Positions 8,082-17,922 of a stretch of 64,000 nt of DNA are shown here, piece after piece; the first letter of the stretch is position 1; every line of letters begins with the position of its first letter. The position numbers and the translations under genes are program-made. Origin of the DNA: a candidate division WOR-3 bacterium (GTDB lineage: Bacteria > Hydrothermota > Tepidihabitantia > Tepidihabitantales > Tepidihabitantaceae); NCBI GenBank assembly GCA_965649205.1, contig CBFGJV010000004.1, forward strand, positions 32,001 to 96,000, given 5' to 3'. The notes beneath the pieces are model-generated. The model was given only the letters and a program-made list of their open reading frames with translations, was not told the origin of the DNA and did no database searches.

Positions 8082-10022
8082 CTACTCCCTTGGTTTCAAC
8101 ATCACATGTTGTCGTTCAATTTCGTCAGTCCGACTCAAAAGCTCGCGCAAAGCCTGATACTCGGCAAGCGGCACATACGGATGATCAAGCCGGAAAACAG
8201 CTTCATTAGTAAGCTTTCCACTCTGCACTGACGTTCTTGACTTTACCGAGAATCTATCCCCCTGTATTTCTAATGAATCCGGCAAAAGCTTGACTTGATA
8301 GCCCCTGGGCAATGTCATCTCGTGTCTCAGATACCATCCCTGAGTCGTATGAAAATCAACCGGATAAGTACGACTGGAAAGCGACAGTGCCCAAGGGAAA
8401 TTAGAAGCGCCATACATGCCGGAACCGGAACGAGGCAGAGTAAAACGAATTGTAGGCTTCACTAGCCTGCCCTTAGGTCTCAAAAGTGTAGCAAAATCAG
8501 GCGCCGTAAAACGCAAAGTAACCTCCAGAGGAACATTCAGATCATTCGGATCGGTAGAGAAGAAAGTGTCCAGGCGAGTAGCCGGGCCGAAAATGCGCAG
8601 GTCCCGTTCAAAACTCTGCTTGAGCTCTGCCTGCGGTTGTCCCTTCATGCGAGAACGCAAACGGAATTCGGCCATCCCTACCGGGACCAATCTCACCGTG
8701 CCAGTAAGATTGCCCTGGGTGTCCAGGGTGTCGGTCACGTATACAGAAAGCATATTACTGTCTGCGGGCAAAAGCGGCGTCAAACCAAGGTCTTCTCCTT
8801 CTTGCGTTGCCACTAGGACCCCCCGATTCATTTCCCAGCTTACAAGATACTGGCGCGAATTCTGTACCGTGGGGTCGAGATAGTAGTAACCTCCTTCCGG
8901 CTTCCGTACAGCCACAATGGCATGGTTAAACTGGTCAACCGGTAACTCTCGGTCCATCTGCGCGCCCAGATTGGTAAGTACGATATAAGCATCTATACCT
9001 ACATACCTCATCATGCCCACCAATAATGCAGCCTTGTCCCGGCATACGCCGTAACGTTTTTCATATGTCAGACTGATTTTCTCCGGCTGGTACCCAGCCT
9101 TCTTCCCTGAAAGCGAAGTTTCCACATACCGTATGCTGTTATTGACAAAGTTGTAAAGTGCCCTGACCTTAGACGCCTCATCCGGACAATCTCTGGTCAA
9201 TCGCTCTATCTCTGCCGCCAGGGCGGGACTTACCTCGTACTGAGTAGAACACAATTCATAGTACCACCGCGACCAGGTTTGCCAGTCGCGGTGAGTCGTC
9301 ACCAGCAAGCGGGGAAGACACTCCGGCCAGTAAGGCATCATCGGTTCGTACACTATCTTGGGAATATCGTTCTTATACCAGGTCAAGATGCGCCTGTTGC
9401 CACTGGAGGTGAAAAAAGTATCCACTTCCCCGTCCTTGACCAGCCAGCGAAACTGCATATCGGCGGGAGCGGAAATGGAAAAAACCTTGGTCAGTACTGG
9501 CTGCCAGTCCTGGAACACAACCGTGGCATCATAGTGACCTTCTATCAGGGGGTTGAAGGTCCGATTCTCAACCATGAGCTCCACTGCAGAGCCAACTTCC
9601 AAACCGGGAAACTGCACTGTCTTCACACGCACATTAGGCAGAATAAACTTGGACCCCTCCCACAGAGGTACGGGCATATCCACAATTTCCCTCGCCGGCA
9701 CATTATGCACCTTACCGGCGGGACTTATGACCCGCGCCAGCTTAACCTGCAAGGTAGAATAAAGCAGACAGTATTCATCCCATGACTTGGCATTATCGGC
9801 CTTGCCTTGTTCGGTTAGAATCTTCACCAGACGGTGCGTACGAGTTACACTTCTGCCATCTCTTTCCAGTATCACCACTGTTGAATCAAAGATGACCACC
9901 GAATTGGCGTCTGGAAAACGTTCCGGCGTCACCGACTTCAGTAGGTCCAGAGGCAAACCGCCAGCCGCGGGAACGCCGAAGAGAAACACCAGCAAAAGAG
10001 CAAAAACAGCAAATCTGTTCAT
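8082..10022 (-). CDS. DUF3857 / transglutaminase-like domain protein
   Basis: Signal peptide, FPGLEVGSAVE, IRY...GVCRDKA...FNHAI...YLDPT (Cys-His-Asp triad). Confidence 0.9.
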   Translation of the reverse strand: MNRFAVFALLLVFLFGVPAAGGLPLDLLKSVTPERFPDANSVVIFDSTVVILERDGRSVTRTHRLVKILTEQGKADNAKSWDEYCLLYSTLQVKLARVISPAGKVHNVPAREIVDMPVPLWEGSKFILPNVRVKTVQFPGLEVGSAVELMVENRTFNPLIEGHYDATVVFQDWQPVLTKVFSISAPADMQFRWLVKDGEVDTFFTSSGNRRILTWYKNDIPKIVYEPMMPYWPECLPRLLVTTHRDWQTWSRWYYELCSTQYEVSPALAAEIERLTRDCPDEASKVRALYNFVNNSIRYVETSLSGKKAGYQPEKISLTYEKRYGVCRDKAALLVGMMRYVGIDAYIVLTNLGAQMDRELPVDQFNHAIVAVRKPEGGYYYLDPTVQNSRQYLVSWEMNRGVLVATQEGEDLGLTPLLPADSNMLSVYVTDTLDTQGNLTGTVRLVPVGMAEFRLRSRMKGQPQAELKQSFERDLRIFGPATRLDTFFSTDPNDLNVPLEVTLRFTAPDFATLLRPKGRLVKPTIRFTLPRSGSGMYGASNFPWALSLSSRTYPVDFHTTQGWYLRHEMTLPRGYQVKLLPDSLEIQGDRFSVKSRTSVQSGKLTNEAVFRLDHPYVPLAEYQALRELLSRTDEIERQHVMLKPRE

Positions 10023-10169
10023 AATCGGCCTCCGTTAGGTATTTGTCCTGATAATCAGATAACTGAGACTAATCGCCCTGTTAGAGAAGTCAACCGCAGG
10101 TAGATGCGAGAGCCCGCTGGCTGGACTAATTTGACGCACACTCGTTGGCAAGGTAACTTTTCTTATGCC

Positions 10170-10727
10170 ATGGGCAAATATTTCTTTGTTCTTCTCTTGG
10201 TTGTAGCAGGTGCCGGATGCGGGAAAGAACGCCAGACAATGACCTCGGGACAAGATGCAAGGCCGGACCGGGTTGTTACCGTACGTCTAGTGGGCATTGA
10301 CGGAAAACCCGGCCCTCAAATAAAGAAAACCAAAATCGTAAAAACCGAAGCGGAATGGCGCCAGCTGCTTTCTCCGGAGCAATATATGGTTACCCGTCAA
10401 AAAGGTACCGAGCCGGCATTCTGTGGCAAATTTCTTGCTCATAAGGAACCCGGAATCTACTGTTGTGTCTGCTGTGGTCTTCCCTTATTTTCTTCCCGAA
10501 CAAAGTTCGAGTCGGGGAGCGGCTGGCCCAGTTTCTTCCAGCCATTTGCGGAAGAAAACATTTCCTCGCGTCTAGACACAAGTCACGGCATGGTGCGCAC
10601 CGAGATACTCTGTCAATTGTGTGACGCTCATCTTGGCCATGTGTTTTCTGACGGTCCGCCCCCGACCGGTTTGCGATACTGTCTTAACTCGGCAGCGCTG
10701 GCATTTGTGCCCGCGGCTACTCCGTAA
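10170..10727 (+). CDS. msrB: Peptide-methionine (R)-S-oxide reductase, probably a lipoprotein
   Basis: [39 protein letters not shown]-terminus [17 protein letters not shown] is a lipobox-like signal. Confidence 0.95.
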   Translation: MGKYFFVLLLVVAGAGCGKERQTMTSGQDARPDRVVTVRLVGIDGKPGPQIKKTKIVKTEAEWRQLLSPEQYMVTRQKGTEPAFCGKFLAHKEPGIYCCVCCGLPLFSSRTKFESGSGWPSFFQPFAEENISSRLDTSHGMVRTEILCQLCDAHLGHVFSDGPPPTGLRYCLNSAALAFVPAATP

Positions 10728-10796
10728 TCACTACCCCGCCTGTGCCCGAAAATAAAAACACTGCGTCGGTGATAACGATGCAGCCAGTGATGATAA

Positions 10797-11753
10797 TCAA
10801 TTTGCTTCGTCTTGTGACCGGCTTGAAGGCGGCTCCGGAGGTGTAATCGGTCCGCTTAAGCACTCCGACCCCGGGGATGCTACTTGCAACTTGTTTGTTT
10901 CCTTCTTGACAAACTCTCCTGAGCTTTTCAACCTCGCTTCCAGCTTTTCAATGCCAGCCCGCACCGTGGCCATACGCGCCTCCAGCTGAGCCAGTTCAAC
11001 CTCTCCGGTAGTCAGTCGCTCCTTGAGCAGAGCCGCTCGCAACGCGTTCTTGTCTTCCATTTCCCACTGCTTTCTTGTTTCCGCAACCAGACTGCGCAGC
11101 AGATCCGCCTGCCGTTGCAACCGAGAAAGAAGACGTTTTTCCTTGATGATCATGGCGCTAAGACGCCGGTACCAGGGACTCTGTTTTCTCGCTTCTTCTC
11201 GAATACGAACGAACGTTCGCCTCAAGGCTGACTCTACCTCATCCCGGTCCGACCGGGAAAAAATATAACCCGCCCGTTCCTTCTGCAACTGTTTCAGGCG
11301 GGCAAGTGCCTGCTGCGGTCCATCGTTAGGAAGAGAAGCAATTATCTCATCTGCCTGAGACTGAAAGTAAGCGCGGGCTGCAAGCGAGGTCTGCTCTTTT
11401 AGGCGAGTTAGTTCCTGCCACGTCTCCTGGTAGCGCACCCAAAACTTGTGCCGATCCTTACGGGTGAGAGGTGCGGAACGAAATTCACCCAGAAGAGAGC
11501 GCAGCTCTTTTTCCTGCTGCGCCATTTCCCGTAACTGAACGCGCCCCGGTTCACCCAAGGCAGCTTTCCAAGCGGCAAAGATGGTTTCGATTCTCTGAAA
11601 AAAGTCTCGACGAATCCGAGCCGATTCAGCGGCAAATGCCTTACGCGCTTCGGTTTCGGTGGCAATAGGTACTACGTCCTGAGTTTTCATTTCCACCGCA
11701 GTGGGCGGAAGAGGAAGAGCGTTCGATTCGCTTGGAGGCAAGCTCTCGTTCAT
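10797..11753 (-). CDS. Helical/coiled-coil hypothetical protein (DUF349-like repeats possible)
   Basis: Long open frame rich in E/R/Q/L, ending in a coiled coil; TTGACA-N16-TAGTAT promoter at 11790-11763. Confidence 0.7.
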   Translation of the reverse strand: MNESLPPSESNALPLPPTAVEMKTQDVVPIATETEARKAFAAESARIRRDFFQRIETIFAAWKAALGEPGRVQLREMAQQEKELRSLLGEFRSAPLTRKDRHKFWVRYQETWQELTRLKEQTSLAARAYFQSQADEIIASLPNDGPQQALARLKQLQKERAGYIFSRSDRDEVESALRRTFVRIREEARKQSPWYRRLSAMIIKEKRLLSRLQRQADLLRSLVAETRKQWEMEDKNALRAALLKERLTTGEVELAQLEARMATVRAGIEKLEARLKSSGEFVKKETNKLQVASPGSECLSGPITPPEPPSSRSQDEAN

Positions 11754-11840
11754 TGCGATACGATACTAAGAACCCCCGTTTCTATGTCAAGGAGAGAACA
11801 CGGGCTGCCGCCTAGGGCGTCACTTGACCCTAGGAAAATA

Positions 11841-12587
11841 ATGCCAATTATGTATGCCATGGGCGCAGGTTTAGTTCTGATACTGAGCGTGGCATCATTA
11901 CCCCCGATAGACAATGTTGTTGACAGTCTATTTGCCAAGCAGGCCAAACAGTCAGCCAAGTTTACGGGAGCAAGCTATCTGGCCGAATACCTCTACCGAG
12001 AATACGACAAGCAGGGAAAATCTTTGCGAGAAGAAACTTGTCGCCGGCGTGTGTATATGAACCGCGGACAGCTGTGGACAGAGTTTCTGGAGGTGACTCT
12101 CAATGGTCAGAAACTCGCCGGCCAGGAAAGACAAAAGCAGATAACTCTACTACGACGCAAAGGGCTGGTGCAGGAACGGGCACAGATGCCTTTTCAGCCC
12201 AACATACGCCACTTCTACACCTATCGACTTACAGGCGAAGATACCTGTCAGCTCCGACCAGTCTGGGTAATCGAATTTATCCCGCGGCAGCGGACGATAC
12301 AGACTGTTCAGGGTCGCGCTTTTGTAGACAAGCATAGCTATGACGTGCTGGCACTGGAGTTTCGACCGGCCAGGCTGCCCTGGTTCTGCAAGAACACACG
12401 TATGAAGCTATGGTACGCACCAACCGGGCAAATGGTGGTACCTGTCTTCTTCGAGATGGATATGGATATAAAGGTCAGTTTGGTTATGCCCTTGACGGAA
12501 AGAAAACTGAGAATAGAAGACAGGTATTCCGAATATGTGTTCTATGAGAAGGAGGAACGCGGGGGCGAAAAAGCCGAGGGCAAATAA
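11841..12587 (+). CDS. Exported hypothetical protein (lipoprotein-sorting/LolA-like beta fold possible)
   Basis: Signal-like N-terminus; YTYRLTGEDT...VWVIEFIP...G.AFVD pattern. Exact start uncertain (11841, 11850 or 11859). Confidence 0.65.
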   Translation: MPIMYAMGAGLVLILSVASLPPIDNVVDSLFAKQAKQSAKFTGASYLAEYLYREYDKQGKSLREETCRRRVYMNRGQLWTEFLEVTLNGQKLAGQERQKQITLLRRKGLVQERAQMPFQPNIRHFYTYRLTGEDTCQLRPVWVIEFIPRQRTIQTVQGRAFVDKHSYDVLALEFRPARLPWFCKNTRMKLWYAPTGQMVVPVFFEMDMDIKVSLVMPLTERKLRIEDRYSEYVFYEKEERGGEKAEGK

Positions 12588-12605
12588 ACAAAGAGACTAA
12601 ACCCG

Positions 12606-13193
12606 GTGCTGATTGTTTTAGTACTTACACTGATCGGTTTCTGCTGCGGGTCGCTGCCTTTTTCGGTCTGGTTGGGAAAACTCCGTGGTAAGAGCGTGCT
12701 TCTAGTAGGTGACGGGAACCCGGGAGCCGCCAACGCTTTCAAAGCCGGTGGCTGGAGTTTGGGACTGCCCGTGCTTCTGCTTGACTTCTTGAAAGCCGCG
12801 GTACCGGTAGGAGTAGGAAGGTGGATACTGGGCATTACCGGTTGGTCGGTGGTGCCGATTTTTCTGGCGCCAGTTGTCGGCCATGCGTTTTCTCCCTTTC
12901 TGAAATTTCGGGGAGGTAAGGCAATAGCGGCTACTTTCGGCGCCTGGTGTGGCCTGACTCTATGGCAGGGCCCTGTTGTTCTGGGGTTGGGATTAGGTTT
13001 CTTCTGGTTGGTTTTAACTGCGGACGCCTGGTGTGTAATGGGAGGGATGTTTGTCCTGGGCGGCTGGTGGCTTATGCTTGGGGTAGAGCGATCTGTCTAT
13101 CTTGCCTGGTTTCTCAACCTGCTGGTTCTGGCGTACAAACATCGTCGGGAACTGGCAACAATGCCGCGGTGGAGGCGGAGAAAAACCATATGA
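12606..13193 (+). CDS. PlsY-like (glycerol-3-phosphate acyltransferase family) membrane acyltransferase
   Basis: GSLPFS, GDGNPGAANAF, LDFLKA, GHAFSPFLKFRGGKAIA, KHR. Confidence 0.9.
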   Translation: MLIVLVLTLIGFCCGSLPFSVWLGKLRGKSVLLVGDGNPGAANAFKAGGWSLGLPVLLLDFLKAAVPVGVGRWILGITGWSVVPIFLAPVVGHAFSPFLKFRGGKAIAATFGAWCGLTLWQGPVVLGLGLGFFWLVLTADAWCVMGGMFVLGGWWLMLGVERSVYLAWFLNLLVLAYKHRRELATMPRWRRRKTI

Positions 13194-14365
13194 ATTTGTT
13201 CTGGCTGGAACATCAGATAGGAATTGTGGTGTTTCTGGCTGTGCTTGTTCTTATTGCCCTTTCCAACCTGAGGGCAATAAAAAGGTTACCGAAAAAACTC
13301 AGCGCAGAATTTCTAGACAAAGAAACCTCGGACAGAACACCACGGGTGTCTGTGCTGGTACCAGCACGCAACGAGGAGAAGAACATTGAAGCGGCTGTTT
13401 CCTTCCTACTGGCCCAGGATTATCCCAACTTTGAACTTGTAGTCCTCGACGATCTTTCCATGGACAACACGCCTGTGATTTTAGGCAAAATGGAGAATCC
13501 TCGGCTTAGAGTCAGAAAAGGCACGGACTTGCCTCCGGGATGGATTGGCAAGAATTGGGCTTGTCATCAACTGGCCCAGCACGCCGTAGGCGAGTTTCTG
13601 CTTTTTACCGATGCTGATACGCGGCATAGTTCCTCCGCATTGTCCGCAGCTGTTGCGGTGATGGAAAAGGAAAAGTTAGACCTCTTGAGCGTTATTCCGC
13701 GCGAGGAAACCAAAAGCTGGGCGGAAAAACTGTTAGTGCCTATTGTGCCTTGGGCAATCATGTCTTTTTTACCTCTGGCGCTTGCGTACCGGATGCGCCG
13801 ACCCGCCTTTACCGCAGCCAACGGTCAATTCCTTATGTTTCGCCGCACAGCGTATGAGCGAATTGGTGGACACGCGGCAATCAAAGAATCAGTAGTAGAT
13901 GATCTGGCGCTGGTGCGACGGGCTGCCAGACTAGGACTTTTGTGGCGACTGTACGATGCCCAGAATCTTGTCGCCTGCCGAATGTACCACACCAGCCGGG
14001 AAGTGTTTGACGGATTCGGCAAGAATCTCTTCGGGGCTTTTGGATTCAAAATCATTCCCTTTGTTTTTGTCTGGTTATGGTTGCTGTTAGTTACATTTCA
14101 ACCACTCTGCGTACTCAGTTTGGCCGGGGTAGGGGTCAAAGTGCCGGCATTGTCCCTCAATCTGGCAACGGCTGCTGTTCTTCTTGCGCTTCTGCTCTGG
14201 AGTATTTCTAACCGAAAATTCCGATTTCCCTGGTATGTTATCCCGCTTTATCCTTTAAGCATCGCCCTTGCTGCAGGCATCGCTGCGTATTCCGTTACGC
14301 AGACTTGCACTGGCCGGGCAGTGTGGAAAGGACGCTGGCTACCGCGCAAGAAACCGAAATGGTAA
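13190..14365 (+). CDS. Glycosyltransferase family 2 (carotenoid/hopanoid glycosyltransferase-like)
   Basis: VSVLVPARNEE, LPPGWIGKNWACHQL, FTDAD, ANGQF, GGHAAIK..VVDD, CRMY, WKGR; ATGA overlap with the upstream gene. Confidence 0.9.
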   Translation: MNLFWLEHQIGIVVFLAVLVLIALSNLRAIKRLPKKLSAEFLDKETSDRTPRVSVLVPARNEEKNIEAAVSFLLAQDYPNFELVVLDDLSMDNTPVILGKMENPRLRVRKGTDLPPGWIGKNWACHQLAQHAVGEFLLFTDADTRHSSSALSAAVAVMEKEKLDLLSVIPREETKSWAEKLLVPIVPWAIMSFLPLALAYRMRRPAFTAANGQFLMFRRTAYERIGGHAAIKESVVDDLALVRRAARLGLLWRLYDAQNLVACRMYHTSREVFDGFGKNLFGAFGFKIIPFVFVWLWLLLVTFQPLCVLSLAGVGVKVPALSLNLATAAVLLALLLWSISNRKFRFPWYVIPLYPLSIALAAGIAAYSVTQTCTGRAVWKGRWLPRKKPKW

Positions 14366-14477
14366 GTAATGACTTTCATCGTGCGCCAGCCGGAATAAAT
14401 GGAGTGCCGTAACGGATGAAAATTAAACAATATGGTGGCAAATACGCTGTTTTTGTGCTAAGCTGAAAAACGGGAAT

Positions 14478-15464
14478 ATGCATACCGAAAATGCGCTAAA
14501 CAATTCGGCCGTCAGACCGCGAGTAGTATTCGGCCGGTGTTTGACATTTGCTCCTTGCCGCTACAACGGACAGATTATCGCCAGCGAAGTTGTAGAGCTG
14601 CTAAAACAGTTCTGCGAATGCATTACGCCCTGCCCGGAAGTTGATATCGGGCTGGGTGTTCCTCGCGAGCCCCTACGCATCGTGCGTAGCGAAACCCGGC
14701 TGCGGCTAGTGCAACCTGCTACTGGCAGAGATCTAACAGAAGAAATACAGACATATGCCCGGGACTTTCTCGCCAAACTGGGTCCGGTGGATGGATTTGT
14801 GCTCAAGGGCAAAAGCCCCAGCTGTGGTCTGACAGATGTGAAATTGTTCGCCTATGCGGGCAAAAGCTCTCCACTCCCTGGGAAAATTGCTGGTTTCTTT
14901 GGCCAAGCAGTGCTGGAACAATTTCCGGACACGGCGGTTGAAGATGAAGGCAGGCTGCTCAACTTCACCCTACGAGAACACTTCTTCACCCGCATCTATA
15001 CGTCAGCTCGTTTTCGCCAGCTGCCCCGTACCCTTGCCACGCTAGTTCAGTTTCACGCCGAAAACAAACTTCTGCTTCTTGGTTACAATCAAACTCGCAT
15101 GCGGGAACTGGGTCGATTAGTGGCAAATCCAGACCGTTTGCCGGCGACAGAGGTTTACAGAGCATACGCCCAAGGATTGAGTCGAGCGCTGGCCCGACCA
15201 CCCCGGCCGCAGTCAATCGTAAATGTGATGGAGCATGCACTGGGGTATTTCAAGAAGCGACTAAGTACAAAGGAAAAACAGCTCAGCCGCAGGCTCATCG
15301 CCAGCTACCGGGAAGGCCGGGTACCATTGTCTGTTCCGCAGGCGGTTATACGGACTTTCATAGCTCGCTTTGAGGAAGACTACTTGGCACAGCAAACTTT
15401 TTTTCGACCTTATCCAGAGGAATTGGTGCTGATTTCAGATTCGGGCAAGGGAAGAAATCTGTAA
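14478..15464 (+). CDS. DUF523/DUF1722 (YbgA-family) protein
   Basis: CRYNG, CPEVDIGLGVPREP, LKGKSPSCG, EDEGRL, HALGYFK, YLAQQTFFRPYP. Confidence 0.92.
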   Translation: MHTENALNNSAVRPRVVFGRCLTFAPCRYNGQIIASEVVELLKQFCECITPCPEVDIGLGVPREPLRIVRSETRLRLVQPATGRDLTEEIQTYARDFLAKLGPVDGFVLKGKSPSCGLTDVKLFAYAGKSSPLPGKIAGFFGQAVLEQFPDTAVEDEGRLLNFTLREHFFTRIYTSARFRQLPRTLATLVQFHAENKLLLLGYNQTRMRELGRLVANPDRLPATEVYRAYAQGLSRALARPPRPQSIVNVMEHALGYFKKRLSTKEKQLSRRLIASYREGRVPLSVPQAVIRTFIARFEEDYLAQQTFFRPYPEELVLISDSGKGRNL

Positions 15465-15531
15465 GGAAGTTAGACAATGTTCGCTTCTCTTTGCTTCGCA
15501 GAAAAATCTGTACTGTTCGACGCTTTTGTCT

Positions 15532-16008
15532 ATGCGGTTATGGAGCATCCATCCCCGATATCTTGACCGTGTCGGTCTGGTGGCACTATGGCGGGAAGCC
15601 CTGCTAGCACAGGCAGTGCTGCGGGGACAAACTCGGGGCTACAGACATCATCCACAACTCAAGCGCTTTCAGGAACATCCCCATCCCATACAGGCAATAG
15701 CCGAGTATCTCCGGGTTATCTGGAAAGAAGCCGCAAAACGTGGGTATGCATTCGATCGTAATAAACTGAGTCCACCGCACCGAATAGCAAAGATGCCAGT
15801 TCCGCTCGGTCAAGTAAAGTACGAGTTCCTGCTATTACGGCAAAAAGTCAGGCGCCGTGATCCCTGCTGGTATACCCTCCTGCGTCCTCTAGACCAGCCC
15901 GTAGTTCACCCGGTCTTTCGCGTAGTGGCCGGGGGGGTGGCCAGCTGGGAACGAATACCAGCCAAGTCCGGCCTCTTCCGCAACAAAGCTTGTCCCGGAC
16001 GCTTATGA
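15532..16008 (+). CDS. Pyrimidine dimer DNA glycosylase / endonuclease V family protein
   Basis: MRLWSIHPRYLDRVGLVALWREALLAQAVL.GQTRGYRHHPQL.RF and ASWER. Confidence 0.9.
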   Translation: MRLWSIHPRYLDRVGLVALWREALLAQAVLRGQTRGYRHHPQLKRFQEHPHPIQAIAEYLRVIWKEAAKRGYAFDRNKLSPPHRIAKMPVPLGQVKYEFLLLRQKVRRRDPCWYTLLRPLDQPVVHPVFRVVAGGVASWERIPAKSGLFRNKACPGRL

Positions 16009-16397
16009 AAGCTACCGGCCTGTGGAACTTTATATCCCGCTCCCGGGTGCGCGGAAGTTTGTTATTTGTCCTCGGGTATATCCTTTCGCCCTTATCCTGG
16101 TGGAATGATGTGTTTGTGAATTTGCCCCTTGCCTATGCCCTTGGCAGTTTGGCAGGACTTCTGTCCAGACGGCTGTTTCTCCCGGCAATGGTACTGGCTT
16201 ACTGGGGAACCAACATTCTGGGCCTGGTGTTGATGTCCAAAGGGGCTGGCAACATAATTAGACCGCACAAACCGGCAGATAGACGGAAGGAGCTTATAGG
16301 CACATTAGCTCTTTCGGCTTTTTACACAATTGCGGTAATTCTGCTTGTCCGTTTAGGAATTCTGAAAGCGGCGTTCAACTGGCGCCAGAAACCTTAG
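16005..16397 (+). CDS. Small membrane protein
   Basis: GYILSPLSWWNDVFVNLPLA motif, 3-4 TM segments; ATGA overlap with the upstream gene. Confidence 0.8.
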   Translation: MKATGLWNFISRSRVRGSLLFVLGYILSPLSWWNDVFVNLPLAYALGSLAGLLSRRLFLPAMVLAYWGTNILGLVLMSKGAGNIIRPHKPADRRKELIGTLALSAFYTIAVILLVRLGILKAAFNWRQKP

Positions 16398-16463
16398 CGC
16401 CCCAAAAACAGGTTGCATTGCCACACAGGTTGACCCAAATCCTGGCCGCTTTATACTCAACCG

Positions 16464-17099
16464 ATGCCGCGGGCAGAACTTTCTCCGGCGCAGGCACTGC
16501 TGGCAGAGCTGACACAGGAGGAATTGCGTCGGTTGGCTCGGCAGAACGGAGTGACCCTGTCAGGCCGGCCGAGCCGAATTAACTTGCTAAGAAGCATCGT
16601 TGCCCATCTCAGTTTGGACGAACTTACAGATTCTCTGTGTCGTCTGTTCCCTGGCTCCGAGCCGGTCCCCGAAGGAATCATACGACTGGACCAGGTAAAT
16701 CGGCTCACAGGAGAAACGGCTGTGCATGCCTGCTCCTGTTCTCATCCCGGGCTGGGAAGACTACTACTGGAGTTGCGCGGTTCCTGTCTGGTTCTGCGCG
16801 TACCCAGTATTCCTCTTTTCTTGGAAAACCGTTGGCCGGTGCTGGTGCGTGACCTTGGAGAAGTAATCCTGAAACGACTCTATGCCGGATTTGTGCAGGC
16901 ACGGCGACTGCACCCGGCAGCCCAGGCTCCCCCTCCCAAGAATGCGCCCTACATTCTGGACGAAGGCTATTATGGTCTGCGCAACTCCCGATTGCGCGTA
17001 GAATTGAAACGTACGGGCGTAATTTCCTTCCAGGTGGTGTTCCTGCGCTGTCGCCGCCCGGCTAACCGACCCGAATATCTGCTCCTGCCTATAGCCTGA
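16464..17099 (+). CDS. Hypothetical protein with an N-terminal Rho_N/SAP-like helix-extension-helix
   Basis: LTQEELRRLARQNGVTLSG...RINLL; TTGACC-N16-TATACT promoter ends 6 nt before the ATG. Confidence 0.7.
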   Translation: MPRAELSPAQALLAELTQEELRRLARQNGVTLSGRPSRINLLRSIVAHLSLDELTDSLCRLFPGSEPVPEGIIRLDQVNRLTGETAVHACSCSHPGLGRLLLELRGSCLVLRVPSIPLFLENRWPVLVRDLGEVILKRLYAGFVQARRLHPAAQAPPPKNAPYILDEGYYGLRNSRLRVELKRTGVISFQVVFLRCRRPANRPEYLLLPIA

Positions 17100-17124
17100 A
17101 GTAGATGCGTTCCTGCTTGCCTCT

Positions 17125-17922
17125 GTGATATTCTCGCTTCTGGTACTCGCTCTGGCGCCGGTAGGCGCCTTGTTCCTTTTCTTTTATCTTCGCGATCGCT
17201 ATCGTGAACCCCTGCCGCCGCTTCTGGCCACCTTTGCCCTCGGTGCCGGCTCGTTATTGCCCACAGTTGCCACCTCACTGGCCCTGCAGCGTCTGACCGG
17301 CCTATCCTCGCGTGCCAGCGGGTTGGGGGAACTCTTTCTCACCGCCCTTATCATCGTAGGAGTGGTAGAAGAAGGATACAAATTTCTGGTTGTACGTCTG
17401 TATTCCTACAACTTAAAGGAATTCGATGAACCCTACGACGGAATCATGTACTCAGCCACCGCAGCGCTGGGCTTTGCCAGTCTGGAGAATGTGCTGTATG
17501 TCCTGTCCGGCAGCCACGGCACCGCCATAGGCCGGGCACTGCTGGCTGTGCCCAGCCATGCCTTCTTTGGGGTGCTTATGGGGTTTTTCCTGGGAGAGGC
17601 AAAGTTTGCCGCCACTACCAGCCGTTCTATCCTGCTTAGTCTGCTCGGCCTGACTCTGGCGATACTTGCGCACACGGTTTATGACTTCATGGTATTTGCT
17701 CTGGCAAAGCGGCCGCTTATGTTTCTGGTGATACCCGTCTTCGTGGTTCTATCTTGGGTCATACTCTTTAGTGCCACAAAACGTCAAGCCAACCAGTCTC
17801 CGCAACGCCAGCCAGCGCTGGCAGCTCTAAAAAATGTCTACATCACACCGGAAGTCACCGAGGAAGAAAAGACGCCCCCCCCTGATTCCCAGTCTGGCCT
17901 GCCACCTTCAACGCTCCCATAG
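17125..17922 (+). CDS. PrsW-family intramembrane metalloprotease
   Basis: DRYREP, VEEGYK, FDEPYDGI, LGFASLEN, VPSHA, HTVYD. Confidence 0.93.
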   Translation: MIFSLLVLALAPVGALFLFFYLRDRYREPLPPLLATFALGAGSLLPTVATSLALQRLTGLSSRASGLGELFLTALIIVGVVEEGYKFLVVRLYSYNLKEFDEPYDGIMYSATAALGFASLENVLYVLSGSHGTAIGRALLAVPSHAFFGVLMGFFLGEAKFAATTSRSILLSLLGLTLAILAHTVYDFMVFALAKRPLMFLVIPVFVVLSWVILFSATKRQANQSPQRQPALAALKNVYITPEVTEEEKTPPPDSQSGLPPSTLP

